This document shows positions 1 through 7,954 of a DNA stretch of 64,000 nucleotides, in pieces. Source of the stretch: an uncultured virus (IMG/VR IMGVR_UViG_3300049433_000291) (Duplodnaviria; Heunggongvirae; Uroviricota; Caudoviricetes); the IMG/VR virus record IMGVR_UViG_3300049433_000291; one strand, given 5' to 3'. The notes below the pieces were generated by a model. That model worked only from the letters and a program-made list of their open reading frames with translations, had not been told where the DNA came from and did no database searches. Made by a program: the position numbers and the translations under genes. Numbering within the stretch: position 1 is the stretch's first letter; the number at the start of each line of letters is the position of its first letter.

Positions 1-1218
1 CTATACAACAACTTGCTTTCTTTTCAAGCGTTTAGGGAAGTCGGCTACTTGACTCGGATGGCTCGCATTTCCCGCTCGTCCCGCAAAAGTCCGCAAGAAG
101 TCCGCAACGGTATTTGTGGACTGTTCACCAAGTATACAGCCCTTTTCGGTTGGGTGAAGGTAGATTTTGAAGGACTCTAATGACTTGTGGCCGCTCCAGG
201 ACATGACTAGTGCTACGTCGTTTCCTGTTGCTTCCATCATTCTGGTGACGAAGGTGTGCCGTAGGCTGTGACAAGTAAAGCCGTCTTCGCGACCGTAGTC
301 CAGTTTTACTGCTTTGGCGGCTTTGAGGCAAGCGCGGCCAATGGCGTTGTCAAATGTTTCTGTCTTAGCTCTCGGGAATAGATATTCGTCGTCGGTTAGT
401 CCTTCCGAGATTCTTTTTTGTACCAAGTCTCGTATGGGAGTCCAGAATGGTAGGTCTCTTTCGTTTTCTGTTTTACTGGCTTCTAGTCTGACAATATTTT
501 TCGACCACATAAACTGCCAGAGTTTGATGCGTAGTATTTCGTTGAGGCGGCCGCCAGTCATTCTGAGGAGTTGAATGGCATCTCCAGCTTCTCGCCATAG
601 TGCTTTTCGCTCTTCGCGTCTTGACGGTGCTAGCGGAGGATCCAGTAGCGTTTGAACGAGAGTGGCGTATTCCCAATCTTCTACAGCCCGATGTTCAAAC
701 TCGGGACTGCGATGCACTTTCAATGTAGGCCGCAGCCATGTGGCGAGATCTGCTTTTTTTCGTTGTGCGGCTTTCAGCATTCCTTGAATGCGTCCTATGA
801 AAACGCCGGCACTGTTTTTGTTTAGGCCCGGTTTGAAGCAGAGGATGTGGTAGAACTCGCGAAGATCGTCCTCGGTGCATTCGCGAATCAATCGTTTGGG
901 TCCAAAGTGGTCTACGAATTCCTGAAGGACTTTGCAGTTTGAATTTACGTTGTGGCTGTATTGCTTCGCTTTGCTTTGGGCACGAATATCCAAGGTGCGT
1001 CTATATATGGTTAGTGCTTCTTGCGCGGTTGTTGGATCGCAACGAACTTCGCCTCGCCCCCTGGCGTCCATATCATCCATGACTTGGCGCAGGTGTTTTT
1101 CAGCATCGCTTTTTCGGGCAAAGCCTTTTTTACGTAATTGGACTCCCTTATATTGGCGTTCATAGCGGTAAAGGGTTTGTCCGCCAGGACCGGTGTATTG
1201 GTGGAAATTCTTTGCCAT
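1..1218 (-). CDS. int: Tyrosine recombinase/integrase
   Basis: Catalytic residues TGGRLNE (R), SKT (K), HSLRH (HxxR), SGHKS (H), KIY (Y); N-terminal arm-binding-like segment (RKKGF..KSDAE). Start placed at ATG 1218 to avoid overlap with the upstream gene; stop TAG at 1-3. Confidence 0.93.
   Translation of the reverse strand: MAKNFHQYTGPGGQTLYRYERQYKGVQLRKKGFARKSDAEKHLRQVMDDMDARGRGEVRCDPTTAQEALTIYRRTLDIRAQSKAKQYSHNVNSNCKVLQEFVDHFGPKRLIRECTEDDLREFYHILCFKPGLNKNSAGVFIGRIQGMLKAAQRKKADLATWLRPTLKVHRSPEFEHRAVEDWEYATLVQTLLDPPLAPSRREERKALWREAGDAIQLLRMTGGRLNEILRIKLWQFMWSKNIVRLEASKTENERDLPFWTPIRDLVQKRISEGLTDDEYLFPRAKTETFDNAIGRACLKAAKAVKLDYGREDGFTCHSLRHTFVTRMMEATGNDVALVMSWSGHKSLESFKIYLHPTEKGCILGEQSTNTVADFLRTFAGRAGNASHPSQVADFPKRLKRKQVVV
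78..107. repeat. Tandem AAGTCCGCAA repeats (87-96, 98-107; degenerate third copy 78-86), possible integrase arm-type sites
   Basis: Exact 10-bp direct repeats with 11-bp period inside the 3' end of int. Confidence 0.5.
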
Positions 1219-1321
1219 TTGTCTGCGCGAGCTATTAACACGCGGTGTTTGAAGGATCGTAGTTCTTCGTTTGCGACTACCTGCTCGCAGCTTTTTTTCC
1301 TTGGATGTTGGAAGCGCAGAA

Positions 1322-1585
1322 TTATAGTGAGACTGCGTGTGGCTGTCCATAAGTTTTCTCACTTGGAGCTTTAATGGCAAGTTCGCGGTTGTCTTGTCCT
1401 TCTTGGCGCTGAGCGAGGGCTAACACCTCGTCGAGCAAGAACCGGACTTGTTTGGTGCCGTTGCGGATTCGTGTGAGGGGTTTGGTTCCGGCACCGCCGT
1501 TAAGAACTGTTTTATGTGAGCAGCCGAGTATTTCGCCGACTTGCTTGGCGGTGATTCTAGTTTTTGTTCGTCGAATGAGACTCAT
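1322..1585 (-). CDS. Excisionase-like helix-turn-helix protein
   Basis: Small basic protein, ITAKQVGEILGCSHKTV HTH plus 'VRF..DEV' wing, directly upstream of integrase. Confidence 0.75.
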   Translation of the reverse strand: MSLIRRTKTRITAKQVGEILGCSHKTVLNGGAGTKPLTRIRNGTKQVRFLLDEVLALAQRQEGQDNRELAIKAPSEKTYGQPHAVSL

Positions 1586-1643
1586 TGGATTGTCTCGATA
1601 TTGTTCCGGCGGTCTATGGGATGGTGAGTGGGAGCTAGTTGCG

Positions 1644-2375
1644 TTAATTTGGTTGGACGTCTGTCACGAGGGATAGGCGGCGTGTTTCCTGGGATAGCCA
1701 GCGCCAGTAAGATCCAATTGGCTGCCCAACAGTTTTGCTTACATCGTCCCAAATCGTAACCATACTGGCGTTCATTTCGGCGGCTAAGACAGCAGCCAGG
1801 AGAAGGTGGGGGAGCAAGTCGTCGTCTTCATAAGCTTCCAGCTTGCCTGAGACTTCAAAGTTTCTAGCGTTTCCGCCGGATTTAATATGTAGACCACGAT
1901 CGGTGGCGCACGTTTGAGCTAGATCGTGCCAAGTGCGATCAAATAATGGTAATTGTTGCTTATATGTCTCGATTGCGGCTGGGAGATCGATAGCATTGTC
2001 CGCTACCAGCCGGGCAATGAACAGATTTTTGGCGAGCTCATCAGTTTCCTGTACTTGTACTTGTCCTAAGCGTAATCGTTCGGCGATAACAGCCTGTGTG
2101 TAATCTTCGGTCTCATCTTCGTCTTCCATTTGCGCTTTCAAAATCAAGGGATAACATTTTTCCATAACGTCGGTGTCAAACGATTCGGCGAAGTTTTCGA
2201 ACTCTAATTGACCTAGATCAGTTAAGGTGAAATTGATAAACAAGTTGTTGGTTTCAAATAGTTCCGCTTCAGTAGCGTCACCTATTTCGTCAAGGATGAT
2301 TATTGCTTCATTTCGATCCGGAGCGCTTACAAGCGAGAGATCGCCATTGGGCCAACGACAAAGGAAATTAGACAT
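1644..2375 (-). CDS. Hypothetical acidic protein
   Basis: Long ORF; ATG at 2375 (MSNFLCRWPNGD); no family recognised. Confidence 0.7.
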   Translation of the reverse strand: MSNFLCRWPNGDLSLVSAPDRNEAIIILDEIGDATEAELFETNNLFINFTLTDLGQLEFENFAESFDTDVMEKCYPLILKAQMEDEDETEDYTQAVIAERLRLGQVQVQETDELAKNLFIARLVADNAIDLPAAIETYKQQLPLFDRTWHDLAQTCATDRGLHIKSGGNARNFEVSGKLEAYEDDDLLPHLLLAAVLAAEMNASMVTIWDDVSKTVGQPIGSYWRWLSQETRRLSLVTDVQPN

Positions 2376-2523
2376 GAGTTTCTCCTGGTCCAAGCTACTA
2401 AAGGTATCTGCATTGACATGGGAAGGAAGTTTCGTTGCGCCTTAGGATTTAATATCAAGTAAGGTGGAAGTCAATTGCTCGTGAGCTGGCCTAGGAAGCT
2501 TCAATCTACCCTTTTTGGTTTAC

Positions 2524-2539
2524 TGCACTTGGTGTGCCA
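2524..2539 (-). promoter_or_regulatory. Sigma54-like -24/-12 promoter
   Basis: TGGCAC-ACCAA-GTGCA versus consensus TGGCAC-N5-TTGCW, ~150 bp upstream of the 2375 gene. Confidence 0.45.
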
Positions 2540-2916
2540 TTTAGAGTGAATGTTTCTATGGCGAAGTAAATTGGTGGTTTGCGAGGGGTTAGGCTGAAAA
2601 GAAGCAGTGGGTAGGTGGGTCTGAAAACGCCTATTTTCTGGTATCCGTTCAGATCCTGTTTGGAGTTGTTGCTTGACCGTGTGTATGGAGCGGGAGAATG
2701 AGCGGGTTGGGTGTTAAAAACCCAAGTAGATTGAGAAGGGTGCGTTGCCCGGGTGTTCGCGTTTGCTGACAGCGTGCGTTCGGTATTGTCTGCTCTCGTG
2801 AAAGTTGTGGTAGGTCAAGCGGTCTTGGATTGGGGTTTTTCCCAGTGGGTGTGTGCCGTATATGGCACAGCGTCTGATTGGCGAAAATATCCGAAAATGC
2901 TAGACTCGCCGGCGTC

Positions 2917-3189
2917 ATGCCGGCTTGTATTGTTTCTTATGTAGACATGGAAGGCTTGCGCCATTCCGTCGAGCTAGAGGCAGAGAGTCTTTATGAGGCG
3001 GCTGTCTTGGCGGTGCGGACATTCAGGCAGCATGATTGTGAGCCAGGTGAGCTGAGCAAGCTCGAGGTTGAGGTACGCACGGCTATTACTCACACGGTCA
3101 CGTTAAAGAAAATCCATTCTTGGTTGCAGGGCGGAGCGAAGAGCCCTAAAGAAGCGATTACTAAAGATCGGTTGCGAGCACTTCTCTAA
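2917..3189 (+). CDS. Small hypothetical protein
   Basis: 90-aa ORF from ATG 2917 (MPACIVSYVD..RHSVELEAESLYEAAVLA), followed by a terminator hairpin. Confidence 0.7.
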   Translation: MPACIVSYVDMEGLRHSVELEAESLYEAAVLAVRTFRQHDCEPGELSKLEVEVRTAITHTVTLKKIHSWLQGGAKSPKEAITKDRLRALL

Positions 3190-3235
3190 ACTTACCTTCG
3201 ATTTTCGTCTGTAGTTGTGTTTGTAGGGGCTAAAG

Positions 3236-3335
3236 AACCGAAAGGCCGGATTGTGTCCGGCCTTTATATCGGTTGACGGAGGCTTTCGCCTCTTGTGGTC
3301 ACTGTCCTCACCCCAGCGACCTAAACGCCTAGTGC
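3236..3335 (-). ncRNA. Small structured RNA, copy 1 (possibly Acido-Lenti-1-like)
   Basis: GGTCGCTG-GGGTGAGGA-CAGTGACC hairpin, then GAGGC-GAAA-GCCTC hairpin, then terminator; 24 nt identical to the copy at 30108-30131; own promoter. Confidence 0.65.
3241..3265. terminator. Probable bidirectional intrinsic terminator
   Basis: AAAGGCCGGA-ttgtg-TCCGGCCTTT, perfect 10-bp inverted repeat between convergent transcripts. Confidence 0.75.
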
Positions 3336-3340
3336 GCAGG

Positions 3341-3368
3341 ATTTTATACGTTCAAAACTGGCTGTCAA
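3341..3368 (-). promoter_or_regulatory. Sigma70-like promoter for small RNA copy 1
   Basis: TTGACA-N16-TAAAAT on the minus strand, no ORF downstream. Confidence 0.6.
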
Positions 3369-3443
3369 TAAAAAAGTTCTTGCAATAAATATGGTAATCA
3401 ACTGGTGCTCTACAGGAGTTTGAAGTTAAAGCAGAGTCAAAAT

Positions 3444-6431
3444 TTATTGGATGAGTAGAAAGACTTGGTTGTCTTCGGCGCCCTCGATCGTTAATTGAGC
3501 CTGGCCGCATCCGGCGAGTTCGGTGGGAATGCGAATGATGACTTGTTGTAGTCCGGGCAGCGAGGGGAGTGTAGCGGCGAAGTCCTGGACCAATAGTGCT
3601 TGAGAGCCGGATTGGCAGGTTATGTGGAGAATGAGCGTGTTTTGCTCAACGAGCTTTTTTGCTCCGGAGGCGAACAGTAAAATACGTCTTGTGCCGTCTG
3701 CTGGAAAAGGAGCGTTAGGCGTGAAAGCGGTTAAGCGGTCGCCGTCCAGTGTGAGAAGCGGACCGTTTGCGGTTCCATCAAGTGCCCAGAACGCGGGAGC
3801 GGTTGCTCTAATTGTCGCGGTGGTGTTCCAGCCGCTTAGCGGTACTTCCTGGTTAACGGTAACCGGGACTTGGGTTCCGGTAGTTGCCGCATCAGGGATA
3901 AGAAAATCAACGGTGTAGGACGCAGGGTTAGAGTTAGGAATCCGTTTGACGGCGATCATGGCTGCGGAGAGCGAACCGATCTGTACTTGAAAGCCGGCGA
4001 GCGTGATGGGCCAAGTGCCGTTTTGATTTTGTTGTCCGTAACTGTCTAGCAGTGATGTGGCAGGCAAGGTGACCGTGACCCTGGCCAACGAGCCTTGAGC
4101 GAGTACGTTTTTGGTTGAAGCGGTTTCGAGCTTTGCCGGCAAACTTTGGAGCTGGATATTAGCGTTCGGTGTTGGAGTTGGCGTAGGCGTGGGAGTTGGA
4201 CTGGGCGTCGGTGTTGGCGTTGGAGTGGGAGCAGCGGTGAACAGGCCGGTGATTGAAGCTGAATTATTCGATTGAACCGGATCGGCGGTAGAGGCTGTTA
4301 GCGTTGCTGTTGTTGTAATGGTTCCTTGAGCATTTAGATTCGTTGTGGTGATGGAAAAGCTTACGGCTTCCTCGGTGGCAAGTTGGTTGACCACCAAGTG
4401 AAAGTTATTACCAGTTATTTGAGTGGTTCCTAGCGTGGTTGCTGCTGAGATTGCGCTGAGTCCTGGTGGGATGGTGACGTTGGCTTCAATGCCCTGGGCC
4501 AGACCTGGACCTGTGTTCGTGATTGTGAACCCATAGGTGGCGTTGCTTCCAGCGCGAGTCTCAGTAGGCAGCGTGGTGTCTGCGGCAATTGAGAGATCTG
4601 GAGTTTGTTCGAGCATTTCGCCGGTTGACCTGTCTATCCATAACGGTAAGGTTGCTTTGCTCACAGGCGTTCCGTTGCTCATGAGCTGAGCGCGCAGACT
4701 GAAGGGGCCGATGCCGCCGGGCATTGGGAGTGACAATGAAAGCTGTTGTTGGAATGGAGCGGTTTGGACAAAGCTGGAGGGACCTAACCAGAAACGGACA
4801 GCGTTGGGCGTGATGACGTAGGAGCGGCTGGTATCTATGGTGGCAGAAACTTGGATAGTTCCTGACGGCATTCCGGGAGTTACGTTTAAGCGCACGGGTG
4901 CGGTTTGCGTGCCCGCATCTTCGACAGTGAGCGTGTAGTCAGAAGTGGCAGAGGTAGAGTTTTGAATTGTAAGGGCCCAAAGGCCGGGACGTGGGAGCGT
5001 GAGTACTTGAGCGCCGCCGCCGGCAACTGAAAAGGATTGAGTACGGCCATTCAAGTCGACGGGCTGGAGCTGTATGAAACCAACAAAGGTGTTTGGGCTT
5101 TGCAGGTTGAGACGAAGCCGGCGAGGAAGAAAATCCGTGAAGTTGATAATAAGTGTGTCGATGTCTGAGGGAGTGACTTGTCCACGAATCTTAGCTGGCA
5201 TAGTGATAGTCGGCGCGGATTGTGCAGTTGAGGGAAAGTCGCTCTGCTCGGTCAACAGAAGATCGTCTACTATTCCGTCGCAGTCGTCATCGACGTTATT
5301 TATAGTCTCGATTGCGGTAGGTTTGATCTGAGCGTTGGTGTCGTCAGTGTCTCCAGCTAAAGGCGTAAAACCATCGCCGTCGGCGTCTATGCAAAAGGGA
5401 TTTGATCCGGGGAATTTTTGGCTGATTCTGTTGCGAGCTTCTGGAGTGGCAAACCAATGCCAGGTGTCTATCTCGCAAAGGATATTTCGTTGCGCGCCCT
5501 CGGCGAGAGCTTCGACGAGTAGGTCGTTTTTTTCTTCACGTGTTTGTGGGCTGGTTGGATCTGTGCCCGTCGCCGGGTGAGTTGCGGCGTAGTCGCGTAC
5601 GTATCTGAAAGCTCGTTTGACTGCTTCAATCCCGTGGAAGTTGGTAAAGCGTAAGAGGAGTCCCGCCCAGGCGCTGTTTGCCAGGACATTCGGGCACGTA
5701 TTGCCATTCCTCACGCACTGGGCCCACGTGGCTCCGGTGGAATCCCACGCAAGGGTGTATTCAGTAATTTTCTTTTCGAATAGTGCGTCAGCATCGGATT
5801 GGAGAATGCCAGCGCGCGAATAATATTGAAGAAAGGGAATCAGGAATGATGTCCAGGCGTGGCTTGAGTCAGGATACCCGAGGTTTAGGTACAAAATCCA
5901 AATTTCGAAGTTGTGTACGAGTTCATGAACGCATTCTGGGCTCAGTAGATCGGAGTTTATGTTTTGGATCACGGAGCCTAATTCGTTCTCGGACAACTCA
6001 ACGCCTTTGAAGTTTGAGCCTGCATGGCCGGCATTGGCGCCGGTGGGGATCACCGCGATGGTGAGAAGGCCCGTGCCTTGCGGTTCTCCAGCCGTGATTT
6101 CAGAGAGCATGGCATAAGTGAGATCAGTGAGGTCGATAAGCCGGCGGAGTTGAGATGGAGTGAGTGCGCCCGCTTGAGTCCAAGAATCTGGAAGGGCGTA
6201 GCGGATATATTTGCCGTCGTAGCCGGTAAGGTTGTAAGTCGTGCCTGCAAACGAGGTGTACTGGATTGGGTAACCGGAAAGTGGGGGCTGCTCCTGGACT
6301 ATGACCGGCGAGTTTACCCGCAGCGCAGTATGTGCAGGATAAATGGGCGCAGTGAGGGATACGAAGAGACCCAAGATGAGAAGGGTTGTGCACAGCAAGG
6401 CGTGAGTAGGCCTAGTTGATGTTTTGAACAT
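3444..6431 (-). CDS. Secreted multidomain protein: HExxH metallopeptidase-like, MopE-like acidic metal-binding motif, DUF11-like, Pro/Thr linker, TIGR03437-like C-terminal domain
   Basis: Signal peptide; HELVH; CIDADGDGF...NNVDDDCDGIVDD; YGFTITNTGP...DP..SNNSA; PT repeat; C-terminal APAFWA...LFASG...PGLQQV. Confidence 0.75.
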   Translation of the reverse strand: MFKTSTRPTHALLCTTLLILGLFVSLTAPIYPAHTALRVNSPVIVQEQPPLSGYPIQYTSFAGTTYNLTGYDGKYIRYALPDSWTQAGALTPSQLRRLIDLTDLTYAMLSEITAGEPQGTGLLTIAVIPTGANAGHAGSNFKGVELSENELGSVIQNINSDLLSPECVHELVHNFEIWILYLNLGYPDSSHAWTSFLIPFLQYYSRAGILQSDADALFEKKITEYTLAWDSTGATWAQCVRNGNTCPNVLANSAWAGLLLRFTNFHGIEAVKRAFRYVRDYAATHPATGTDPTSPQTREEKNDLLVEALAEGAQRNILCEIDTWHWFATPEARNRISQKFPGSNPFCIDADGDGFTPLAGDTDDTNAQIKPTAIETINNVDDDCDGIVDDLLLTEQSDFPSTAQSAPTITMPAKIRGQVTPSDIDTLIINFTDFLPRRLRLNLQSPNTFVGFIQLQPVDLNGRTQSFSVAGGGAQVLTLPRPGLWALTIQNSTSATSDYTLTVEDAGTQTAPVRLNVTPGMPSGTIQVSATIDTSRSYVITPNAVRFWLGPSSFVQTAPFQQQLSLSLPMPGGIGPFSLRAQLMSNGTPVSKATLPLWIDRSTGEMLEQTPDLSIAADTTLPTETRAGSNATYGFTITNTGPGLAQGIEANVTIPPGLSAISAATTLGTTQITGNNFHLVVNQLATEEAVSFSITTTNLNAQGTITTTATLTASTADPVQSNNSASITGLFTAAPTPTPTPTPSPTPTPTPTPTPNANIQLQSLPAKLETASTKNVLAQGSLARVTVTLPATSLLDSYGQQNQNGTWPITLAGFQVQIGSLSAAMIAVKRIPNSNPASYTVDFLIPDAATTGTQVPVTVNQEVPLSGWNTTATIRATAPAFWALDGTANGPLLTLDGDRLTAFTPNAPFPADGTRRILLFASGAKKLVEQNTLILHITCQSGSQALLVQDFAATLPSLPGLQQVIIRIPTELAGCGQAQLTIEGAEDNQVFLLIQ

Positions 6432-6585
6432 AGAGACTCCATGACGGTCCTTCCTGGGACCCGGCGCGCAGTTGTCGCGCTTTGCCCACAGCCTTTATAC
6501 CAGTTTTCAGGATTTGAATGGGAAAGTTGTGGTGAGCGCGATTTAGAGGCATCGGGTCGGAGCTGTGAAGTACGTGTATGCGAGG

Positions 6586-7806
6586 TTAAGGTTTGAAGCC
6601 GATCTCTGTCCAGAAACGTTGGACTTCTTCGAGTGGTTTATCAATGAGGGTTGCATACCATTCGAAGACGCTAAGAGAGGTTAATTGGATATTTTCCTGA
6701 ACGGCCTCGTCGATGCCTTTCGGTCCCTTCCAAAAAACTATCTTCGTTGTTGTGGAAAGACCGTGCTCGAGCGAATCTTTTGATCGTTGGGCTATCAGCC
6801 TGGCGAGCTGGCGGCAGACGGCCGGATTCGTTCTATGATCAGCGTCGAAGGCTATTAGAGCGTTGTATGGTCTTGAGGCTTCGATGATGTGAGAGTGCGA
6901 GCAGCTGACGCCGGTGGTTGCGATGACGCGAGCTTTTGGCCTGAACCTTACAAGCGTTTCTGCTTTGAGTGCTCCTTCGGTAATGACGACTGTTCCACCG
7001 GACGGATAGTCTCGTGGTAGGAAAGTGAAGTGTATGGGCGTACCAGAGCTGGTGCCGCGGCGTTCGAGGGGAGAGGCGAGCCATCGGTATTTCTTTTCGC
7101 CGGTGGGAATGTCGTTCGGGTGAAGTCTAATTTGACATGCCTGGATCAGCCCTTCTGAATCCTTGTAGGGTATGACAAGGATAGGCATTCGATAGTTTCG
7201 GGGTTTCCAGATATGGACCATACCAGAGGGATCTTGCCAAAAGCCGGGTATGCCGACGACGCCGGCGCGTGAATGGAGTTTGCCGTATACGGGGAAAGTA
7301 TCGAGTACGAACCTACGCAAAGCAGATGCAAGGGCTGCGCGTTCTTTCTGGGTTGGTGGGAGAGCACCGTAATTCTTAGCGTGGTGTTCGAGCAGGCCAC
7401 GCGAGTACAGGCCGCCGGGGCCGGTGACGAGCTGTGCGTGGTAGCTAGAGGCGGGTGAGAGTTTGATTAGTTCCTGAAAAATGGCGTCGCGGATCTCAAG
7501 TGAAGCGAGTGGTATTGATGGTGAGGCAGGGCGAGCGTGGTGGTGAACGGCTGGAGTAATAGCGATATCTGTGTGCACGTGAATGTTGCCGCCGTTTTTT
7601 GATTCTCCGCGGTAAGTTGAGCCGTCACTTATCCACATACAAATGGAAGTACGTTCGTCGGTTGAGTAGCCACAGTAATAAGGTCTGCCGCAAATGCGGC
7701 ACGGGCGCTTCTTGCTTACGCGCTTGAAGCCGCCGGAGACCAGTGGAGCACGAGTTCCGACGTCTCTTGAGGTAGAACGGTTTTTGTTGACTTGCGCGTT
7801 AGGCAT
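6586..7806 (-). CDS. TOPRIM-domain primase-like protein (DUF3854-like) with N-terminal Zn finger
   Basis: CRICGRPYYC...C; ITEGALKA; AFDAD; KGIDE. Confidence 0.8.
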   Translation of the reverse strand: MPNAQVNKNRSTSRDVGTRAPLVSGGFKRVSKKRPCRICGRPYYCGYSTDERTSICMWISDGSTYRGESKNGGNIHVHTDIAITPAVHHHARPASPSIPLASLEIRDAIFQELIKLSPASSYHAQLVTGPGGLYSRGLLEHHAKNYGALPPTQKERAALASALRRFVLDTFPVYGKLHSRAGVVGIPGFWQDPSGMVHIWKPRNYRMPILVIPYKDSEGLIQACQIRLHPNDIPTGEKKYRWLASPLERRGTSSGTPIHFTFLPRDYPSGGTVVITEGALKAETLVRFRPKARVIATTGVSCSHSHIIEASRPYNALIAFDADHRTNPAVCRQLARLIAQRSKDSLEHGLSTTTKIVFWKGPKGIDEAVQENIQLTSLSVFEWYATLIDKPLEEVQRFWTEIGFKP

Positions 7807-7954
7807 CGGAGATCGGGAGTGTTTGACAGGGCCGTTCGGATTTTGATGGCTTAGGTGTCGTCCGCCGAATCTTTATTTCTTGGGCTTTATTTCTTTCCAA
7901 TGAATAAAGGCTACACGCGCTCGTGTCTTTGGTTGCGTGGTCCATAGTGTGGCC

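Noticed and set aside
1219..1380. N-terminal extension of the integrase in the ORF track
   Set aside because: Overlaps the excisionase-like gene and looks non-conserved; ATG 1218 gives a normal-sized integrase
4168..4230. Low-complexity DNA repeat
   Set aside because: Encodes the Pro-Thr linker of the secreted protein with varied codons
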